Part shown: piece after piece, positions 29,470-38,029 of the stretch | Layout: the number at the start of each line of letters is the position of its first letter | Numbering within the stretch: position 1 is the stretch's first letter | Sequence record: SRR20825019_250 | Length of the DNA: 38,029 nt | Reading direction: 5' to 3' (one strand) | Program-made: the position numbers and the translations under genes | The notes under the pieces: generated by a model | Databases searched by the model: none | The model's input: the letters and a program-made list of their open reading frames with translations, nothing else | Told to the model about the DNA's origin: nothing

Positions 29470-30333
29470 ATGAAAATCGGATTAATCGGTACAGGCCTGA
29501 TGGGACAAGCGCTGGCAACACATTTGCTGGCTGAGAATCAGCCATTAATGGTGTTCAACCGCAGCCCGGAAAAAAGTGAAGAATTACAGGAACGCGGGGC
29601 AGAAGTAGCTAGCAGCGCACAACAACTGCTTGAACAGTGTGATATCTGCCTGCTTTTTCTGAGTGATGCTGAAGCGATTCAGATGGTGCTGGACTCAATC
29701 GAGCCAGCAGCATTCAAAGACACCTTGATTATTCAGATGGGCACCATTGCTCCGGAAGAATCCAGGCATTTTGCTGAACAGGTAAGCAACCAGAAAGGTC
29801 GCTATCTGGAATGTCCGGTACTTGGCAGCCTGCCGGAAGCGAGAAGCGGCAAACTAATCCTGATGGCTGGCGGCAGTGAAAAAGACTTCCAGACCGCCCT
29901 GCCCCTGCTGGAGCTGATTGGAAAGCAGCCGCAGCATATTGGCAGCGTCGGTCAGGGCGCAACCGTGAAACTGGCCATGAACCAGTTGATTGCCGGCCTC
30001 ACTGCAAGCTTTGCTCTGAGCCTGGCTCTGGTGGAAAAAGAAGGTATCGAAACCGAGCAGTTTATGAAAATTGTCCGGGACAGTGCACTCTATGCACCCA
30101 CTTTCGATAAGAAACTCAGCCGCATGCTGGAGCGGGATTTTGATAACCCTAATTTTCCCACCAAGCACCTGGCCAAAGACACACGCTTGTTCCTCTCGGT
30201 CGCAGCAGAGCTGGGACTTGATACCAGCGCGCTGCAGGGCATCGAAACTTTATTACAGAAAACACTGGAAATGGGACTTGATAACACCGACTACTCAGCA
30301 TTAATGGCCGCCGTGTCACCCCGACATAAATAA
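29470..30333 (+). CDS. Beta-hydroxyacid dehydrogenase family NAD(P)-dependent oxidoreductase (3-hydroxyisobutyrate / glyoxylate-succinic semialdehyde reductase-like)
   Basis: IGLIGTGLMG, NRS, ECPVLGS, catalytic KLAMN and NF...HL.KD motifs. Confidence 0.88.
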   Translation: MKIGLIGTGLMGQALATHLLAENQPLMVFNRSPEKSEELQERGAEVASSAQQLLEQCDICLLFLSDAEAIQMVLDSIEPAAFKDTLIIQMGTIAPEESRHFAEQVSNQKGRYLECPVLGSLPEARSGKLILMAGGSEKDFQTALPLLELIGKQPQHIGSVGQGATVKLAMNQLIAGLTASFALSLALVEKEGIETEQFMKIVRDSALYAPTFDKKLSRMLERDFDNPNFPTKHLAKDTRLFLSVAAELGLDTSALQGIETLLQKTLEMGLDNTDYSALMAAVSPRHK

Positions 30334-30378
30334 GGCCGGCAGCGTTTAAAAACCTGTCTGCATCAAGTCTATGGCCAC

Positions 30379-30405
30379 AAAAAAGCCCTCTTTCGAGGGC
30401 TTTTT
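30379..30405. terminator. Bidirectional Rho-independent terminator between convergent genes
   Basis: AAAAAAGCCCTC-TTTC-GAGGGCTTTTT. Confidence 0.9.
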
Positions 30406-30408
30406 GTT

Positions 30409-32893
<2,485 letters not shown>

Positions 32894-32899
32894 GTCGAA

Positions 32900-33097
32900 T
32901 TAATTAATCCAGTACAAAAAAAACAGGCCAGCGATCATACTGAAAAAACCAATCAGACGTATCTGTCTGTCTGGCATCGCGGCCATTTGCAGTAATGCCC
33001 GCTTAAAATTCTGCGGACTGAGAAATGGCATGATGCCCTCAATAATGAGCATCAATGCCATTGCCACCCAGAGGCTGTGCAACAGCGCCGGGGTCAC
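32900..33097 (-). CDS. DUF2065 (YjeT-like) small membrane protein
   Basis: ALMLIIEGIMPFLSP...R.IG motif; usual position after hflC. Confidence 0.88.
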   Translation of the reverse strand: MTPALLHSLWVAMALMLIIEGIMPFLSPQNFKRALLQMAAMPDRQIRLIGFFSMIAGLFFLYWIN

Positions 33098-33966
33098 TGC
33101 GGTGACTGATTAGGATCGCTAAAGCGTTTGAAGAAGTCACCTGTCGGCTCAATCACCAGCATATCGTCTCCCTTGAAGATATTCTGGTAAGCGTTCAGGC
33201 GACGATACAGTGAATAAAAGTCTTCGTTGGCACCGTAAGCATCAGCATAAATTTGGGTTGCAGTGGCATCACCATTACCACGGATCTGCTCTGCTTCACT
33301 TCTGGCATTGGCCAGGATAACCGCACGCTGACGATCGGCATCAGAACGGATTTCTTCAGCTTTCTCTGCACCTTGTGAGCGCAGCTCTTTGGCTACCCGC
33401 TCACGCTCAGCTTCCATCCGGGTATAAACAGAGCTACTGACTTCGGAAGGCAGATCGATACGTTTAATGCGAACATTGGAAATCTCGATACCAAAACCTT
33501 CCGCAACGCGGTTAGCCTCTTTCAGGATATCCTGCACCATCGCCACACGGTCACCGGAAACGACTTCCTGAATAGTGCGACGGCCGAATTCACCACGCAG
33601 ACCGTCTTTGATAATTTGCGACAATCTCAACGCAGCACGTTCCTGATCGCCGCCCATGGAGGTCATATATGCACCCACATCTTCGATACGCCAGAGGATA
33701 AAGGAATCGACGATAACGTTTTTCTTTTCGCCGGTCAGGTAGCGTGCCGGCTGAGCATCCAGTGCCATTTCCCGCGCCTCAAATTTACGCACGTTATTCA
33801 CAAACGGCATTTTGAAGTGCAGCCCAGGTTCAAAGTCGGTACGTTCGATTTCACCCAATCTCAACAGCACGGCTTTTTCGCGCTCATCGACAATAAACAG
33901 CGACGAACTTAATGTGATTAGAGCCAGTATAACCAGCACCAGAATCAGCGTCATACGTGAACTCAT
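33094..33966 (-). CDS. hflC: FtsH modulator HflC
   Basis: N-terminal TM, PGLHFK.PF, RIKRIDLP and RMEAER motifs. Confidence 0.96.
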   Translation of the reverse strand: MSSRMTLILVLVILALITLSSSLFIVDEREKAVLLRLGEIERTDFEPGLHFKMPFVNNVRKFEAREMALDAQPARYLTGEKKNVIVDSFILWRIEDVGAYMTSMGGDQERAALRLSQIIKDGLRGEFGRRTIQEVVSGDRVAMVQDILKEANRVAEGFGIEISNVRIKRIDLPSEVSSSVYTRMEAERERVAKELRSQGAEKAEEIRSDADRQRAVILANARSEAEQIRGNGDATATQIYADAYGANEDFYSLYRRLNAYQNIFKGDDMLVIEPTGDFFKRFSDPNQSPQ

Positions 33967-35157
33967 TTAGCGACCTCCTCTGCTACGAACGTCATCACGT
34001 GACGCGCTGCTTGGTGTGGAACTGTTGTTACCGGATGAAGCCGGATAATCGAATTCATTCAGATTAAGACGAGCAGGATTGCCACTTTGTCCACGCAAAC
34101 GGTCCAGCGGCAGATAGAGTACGTTGCTGCCGCCGTTTTCAACATCAACCATTACTTTCTGGCTACGTGAATAGACTGATTCCATTGCATCCAGATAGAG
34201 GCGTTCAGTGGTCACTGCTGGTGCCTGGTTGTATTCCTGCATCACTTGGGTAAAGCGACTGGCATCACCTTCTGCTTTGGCAACAACCTGGCTCTTATAA
34301 GCTTCAGCTTCCTGAAGAATTCGGAAGGCCTGACCCCGTGCTCTGGGCAGGATATCGTTGGAATAAGCTTCTGCCTGGTTGATTTGTCGGACTTCGTCTT
34401 CTCGCGCCTTGACCACATCAGCAAAGGCGGATTGGACCTGTTCCGGCGGCTGCACATCCTGCATATTGACACTGGTGACCAGCAAACCGGCATCGTGTGC
34501 ATCCAGCATGGATTGCAGCAGCTGCTCGGTGCTGTTGGCAATGGCACTACGGCCCTCGGTCAATACGAAATCCATCTTGGAGCGGCCCACAGTCTCACGC
34601 ACAGCACTTTCCATCATCTGGCGCAGAACGATATCTGGATTCCGCACATTGAACAGGTACTTGGCTGCATCCTGAACGCGATATTGAACCGCAATTTTCA
34701 GATCGATGATATTTTCATCCATCGTCAGCATCAGTGACTCAGACGGGATTGAGTTTGTGCTGGCCACGCCGGTAGAGCGGTAGCCAATCTCCGCCGTACG
34801 GATTTCGTCGACGTTGACGATTTCAACTTTGTCGATGGGATAAGGCAGGTGCCAGTGCGGTCCGGGCATGGTTGTTGTCTGGTATTGACCAAAACGGAGA
34901 ACCACCCCTCGTTCAGGTGCTTCAACAATATAAATACCGGACAGCATCCAGACAATAACAGCAATGAGTGCAATCAACCCAAAACCGAATGACCCCGGTG
35001 TAGGACGGTTACTGTCTCCTGAACCACCTTTGCCACCAAAGATTCCGCCCAGTTTTTGTTGCATTTTACGGACGACTTCGTCCAGATCGGGAGGTCCGTC
35101 TTTACCACGATTACCCCACGGGTCTTTACCCCCGTTTCCGGGTTCATTCCAAGCCAT
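33967..35157 (-). CDS. hflK: FtsH modulator HflK
   Basis: MAWNEPG...DPWG...PPDLDE start at ATG 35157 with SD GGAGAG; SPFH domain. Confidence 0.96.
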   Translation of the reverse strand: MAWNEPGNGGKDPWGNRGKDGPPDLDEVVRKMQQKLGGIFGGKGGSGDSNRPTPGSFGFGLIALIAVIVWMLSGIYIVEAPERGVVLRFGQYQTTTMPGPHWHLPYPIDKVEIVNVDEIRTAEIGYRSTGVASTNSIPSESLMLTMDENIIDLKIAVQYRVQDAAKYLFNVRNPDIVLRQMMESAVRETVGRSKMDFVLTEGRSAIANSTEQLLQSMLDAHDAGLLVTSVNMQDVQPPEQVQSAFADVVKAREDEVRQINQAEAYSNDILPRARGQAFRILQEAEAYKSQVVAKAEGDASRFTQVMQEYNQAPAVTTERLYLDAMESVYSRSQKVMVDVENGGSNVLYLPLDRLRGQSGNPARLNLNEFDYPASSGNNSSTPSSASRDDVRSRGGR

Positions 35158-35201
35158 GTAGCTCTCCAAAATGAGAAAAGAGATTTGCTTCCAAAACGAC
35201 T

Positions 35202-35229
35202 ATTTTACGGAGATGGGCGGTATACGCAA
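35202..35229 (-). promoter_or_regulatory. Putative sigma70 promoter of hflKC
   Basis: TTGCGT-N16-TAAAAT. Confidence 0.5.
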
Positions 35230-35242
35230 CCAAAACCCATCC

Positions 35243-36385
35243 CTACGTCAGATACTCTGACTCTTGCAGCTGTGGAAAATATTCCTGTAGTGCCTGCCGT
35301 AATAATTCAAGCCCCTCGCCGGTGCTGGCCGAGAGCCAGATCCGTTCGATCTCACCGTCGGCATTGCGTTCAATACGCGGTGACATACCTTCAACCTTGT
35401 CAATTTTGTTATAGACAATCAGTTGCGGCACTTCGTCGGCACCAATTTGCTGCAATACATCATTGACGTGATGCATCAGATCGTCACGATCACTGGCAGC
35501 ACAATCAACCACGTGCAGCAACAATGCCGCATCCCGTGTCTCTTCCAGCGTCGAACTGAAAGACTCTACCAGGTCGTGGGGCAATTCCCGAATGAATCCG
35601 ACGGTATCGGCCAGAATCAGCATTTCGGTGTCATGTAGCTTCACCCGGCGCAGAGTCGGATCGAGCGTCGCGAAGAGACGATCGTCAGCATACACCTTGG
35701 CCGAGGTCACTTTATTGAACAGAGTGGATTTACCCACGTTGGTATAGCCCACCAGAGAGACAACAGGGACACCACCACGTTGGCGGGAACGTCGTCCCTG
35801 CTCACGCTGCGAGCGCACTTTGTCCAAGCGTTTTTTTAGTGACTTGATCCGCTGGGCCAATAAGCGCCGGTCAGTTTCCAACTGGGTCTCACCGGGACCA
35901 CGTAAACCAATACCGCCTTTTTGTCGCTCAAGGTGAGTCCAGCCCCGAACCAACCGGGTGGACAAGTGCTGCAATTGTGCCAACTCAACCTGTAGCTTGC
36001 CTTCATGAGAACGAGCGCGGCGGGCAAAAATATCGAGGATCAGACCGGTCCGGCCCAACACACGACTTTTAAGTCGCTGCTCAAGGTTACGTTCCTGGCT
36101 GGGGGAAAGTTCATGATTAAAAATCACCAGTGCCGCATGCGACGCAGCCACGTACTCGGCAATTTCATCCACTTTACCGCTGCCAGCAAAGTATTTGGGA
36201 TCGGGGCGGTGTCTTTTTCCCTGAACGATAGTGGCTATATTTGCGCCAGTGCCGCCAACCAGTTCCTTGAACTCTTCCAGGGATTCGTCGTAGCTGGGGT
36301 CATTGAAATTAAGGTAAACAAGAACAACTGCTTCCTGGTTCGATGAATCGTCAAAAGCTGCTTTACTATCGGGACGATCAAACAA
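35243..36385 (-). CDS. hflX: Ribosome-splitting GTPase HflX (short form)
   Basis: LDIFA.RA, GPGETQLE.DRR, GYTNVGKS, LFATLD, DTVGF and NKID motifs. Confidence 0.96.
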   Translation of the reverse strand: MFDRPDSKAAFDDSSNQEAVVLVYLNFNDPSYDESLEEFKELVGGTGANIATIVQGKRHRPDPKYFAGSGKVDEIAEYVAASHAALVIFNHELSPSQERNLEQRLKSRVLGRTGLILDIFARRARSHEGKLQVELAQLQHLSTRLVRGWTHLERQKGGIGLRGPGETQLETDRRLLAQRIKSLKKRLDKVRSQREQGRRSRQRGGVPVVSLVGYTNVGKSTLFNKVTSAKVYADDRLFATLDPTLRRVKLHDTEMLILADTVGFIRELPHDLVESFSSTLEETRDAALLLHVVDCAASDRDDLMHHVNDVLQQIGADEVPQLIVYNKIDKVEGMSPRIERNADGEIERIWLSASTGEGLELLRQALQEYFPQLQESEYLT

Positions 36386-36396
36386 TCAATATGCTC

Positions 36397-36621
36397 CTAT
36401 TCTTCCTGGCTGTAGTTAACATTACGTGCGGGAACAATAGTCGAAATCGCATGTTTGTATACCATTTGATTCACCGAGTTTTTCAGCAGGATCACGAACT
36501 GATCAAATGAGTCAATCTGTCCTTGCAATTTGATGCCGTTGACCAGGTAGATGGAAACGGGGATATTTTCACGACGTAATGCATTTAAAAATGGATCTTG
36601 AAGAGTCTGCGCTTTGGCCAT
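36397..36621 (-). CDS. hfq: RNA chaperone Hfq
   Basis: [25 protein letters not shown] and YKHAIST motifs. Confidence 0.98.
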   Translation of the reverse strand: MAKAQTLQDPFLNALRRENIPVSIYLVNGIKLQGQIDSFDQFVILLKNSVNQMVYKHAISTIVPARNVNYSQEE

Positions 36622-36672
36622 TATCTGCTCCAGATATTGTTATTATTTTTGAAAATCACCTGCCAATAACTC

Positions 36673-36700
36673 ATTCTAAAAGCCCTAGCGGAATCGTCAA
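36673..36700 (-). promoter_or_regulatory. Putative sigma70 promoter of hfq, overlapping the miaA stop
   Basis: TTGACG-N16-TAGAAT. Confidence 0.7.
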
Positions 36701-37653
36701 GCTTTATTCTGTAATTGTGTGACCTGTGCTGTCAGATATTGGTTCACTGCTGTAATCGGCAAGGTTTCACTACTATCAAACCAGACACCATCCTCCTGTG
36801 ACCGCAACCAGGTAATCTGCCTCTTAGCCATCTGCCGGGTAGCGACGATCGCCTTGTAGATAAAACTGTCCATATCCAGTTCACCGCTGAGATACGACCA
36901 TGCCTGACGATAACCGACAGCGCGAATTGAGGGTAGCCCCGGATGGCAGTCACCCCGCTCATACAACTTCTGAACTTCAGCCAGAAACCCATTATCCACC
37001 ATGGCTTTATAGCGTCTGGCAATGCGTTCATGTAAAACAGCACGGTCAAAGGGAGCAACAATTATCTTGCTGACCTGATATGGCAACACCGGTCCTTGCT
37101 CAGCAGTCAGTTCAGTCAGGCTTTTCCCTGTCAGTTCATAAACTTCCAGAGCCCGTTGCAGACGCTGGGGATCATTCATATGAATTCTTGCCGCGGCGAC
37201 CGGATCGATTTCAGTCAGACGCTGGTGCAAATAAGCCAGACCGAAGTCGGCTGCTTGTGCATCAAGTTTAGAGCGGACTGTCGGGTCCGCTGTCGGTAAC
37301 TGTGACAAACCTTTTTGCAGGGCATTGAAATAGAGTATCGTACCGCCGACCAGCAACGGTACTTTACCGCGGGCAGTGATGTCTGCCATCAGCCTCAGTG
37401 CATCATCACGAAACCGGCCGGCAGAGTATGCCTCGGTCGGTTCCAGAATGTTGATCAGATGATGAGGAAACTGTCTAAGGGTCTCCGGCGATGGCTTCGC
37501 CGTACCAATGTCCATTCCCTTGTAAACAAGTGCTGAATCAACGCTGATAAGCTCAACCGGATGGCGTCTGGCTAATTCCAATGCCAGATCCGTTTTACCG
37601 GCTGCCGTCGGCCCCATGATAAAGATGGCCGGCGGCAATATTTCTTCTGTCAC
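36697..37653 (-). CDS. miaA: tRNA dimethylallyltransferase
   Basis: [36 protein letters not shown] and AKRQ.TW motifs. Confidence 0.97.
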   Translation of the reverse strand: MTEEILPPAIFIMGPTAAGKTDLALELARRHPVELISVDSALVYKGMDIGTAKPSPETLRQFPHHLINILEPTEAYSAGRFRDDALRLMADITARGKVPLLVGGTILYFNALQKGLSQLPTADPTVRSKLDAQAADFGLAYLHQRLTEIDPVAAARIHMNDPQRLQRALEVYELTGKSLTELTAEQGPVLPYQVSKIIVAPFDRAVLHERIARRYKAMVDNGFLAEVQKLYERGDCHPGLPSIRAVGYRQAWSYLSGELDMDSFIYKAIVATRQMAKRQITWLRSQEDGVWFDSSETLPITAVNQYLTAQVTQLQNKA

Positions 37654-37663
37654 CAGGCGTTTC

Positions 37664-38029
37664 TTAGCCTTGCTTCATGGTGTCGAAGAACTCGGCATTG
37701 GTTTTAGTAGATTTGAGACGATCCATCAGGAATTCCATTGATTCGACAGGTTCCATCGGACCCAAAATCTTACGCAGAATCCATAATTTCTGGAGGTCTT
37801 CTTCGTTGGTCAGTAACTCTTCGCGACGAGTACCGGAACGGGTCACATTGATGGCTGGATACATGCGGCGGTCAGCCAGTTTGCGTTCCAGCAAGGCTTC
37901 CATATTACCGGTGCCCTTGAACTCTTCGAAGATAACTTCATCCATGCGTGAGCCGGTCTCAATCAGCGCTGTGGCGATAATCGTCAGACTGCCACCTTCT
38001 TCAATGTTACGTGCCGCACCAAAGAAACG
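37664..38029 (-). CDS. rho: Transcription termination factor Rho (3' part; start is beyond the window)
   Basis: Frame extends to the edge: [44 protein letters not shown]...SGTRREELL. Confidence 0.96.
   Translation of the reverse strand, partial: RFFGAARNIEEGGSLTIIATALIETGSRMDEVIFEEFKGTGNMEALLERKLADRRMYPAINVTRSGTRREELLTNEEDLQKLWILRKILGPMEPVESMEFLMDRLKSTKTNAEFFDTMKQG

Overview
A 38-kb, densely coding core-chromosome segment of a Gammaproteobacterium. Gene content is compatible with a marine Methylophaga-like organism, but that taxonomy is an unverified impression. It runs from clpA (truncated at the left edge) to rho (truncated at the right edge). Contents in order: clpA-clpS-grxD-serB-ppa-rubredoxin-TauE; a membrane pyrophosphatase and MATE pump; DUF4124-MIF-proS-fumarase-CopD-like-Slt; an OlsF-like amino-lipid synthase; panDCB-dNK-folK-pcnB-rnhB-lpxB-ribBX-ribE-ribD-nrdR-glyA; and purA-hisZ-hflCKX-hfq-miaA-rho. 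I see no mobile element, CRISPR array, tRNA, rRNA or defence island, and no convincing wholly new multi-gene system. The best signals are small and absent from the ORF track: a four-repeat Pho box in front of olsF; an internally deleted yqhA remnant beside it; an oxidoreductase gene that appears to start at AUC; a sigma32-type promoter upstream of grxD-clpS-clpA; a 66-aa (D/E)RR-repeat protein that could bind c-di-GMP; a probable Na+-pumping PPase near soluble ppa; a near-leaderless pcnB; a catalytically dead GCH-II domain (RibBX); and a perfect 20-bp tandem duplication. All family calls come from motif recognition, not database searches.
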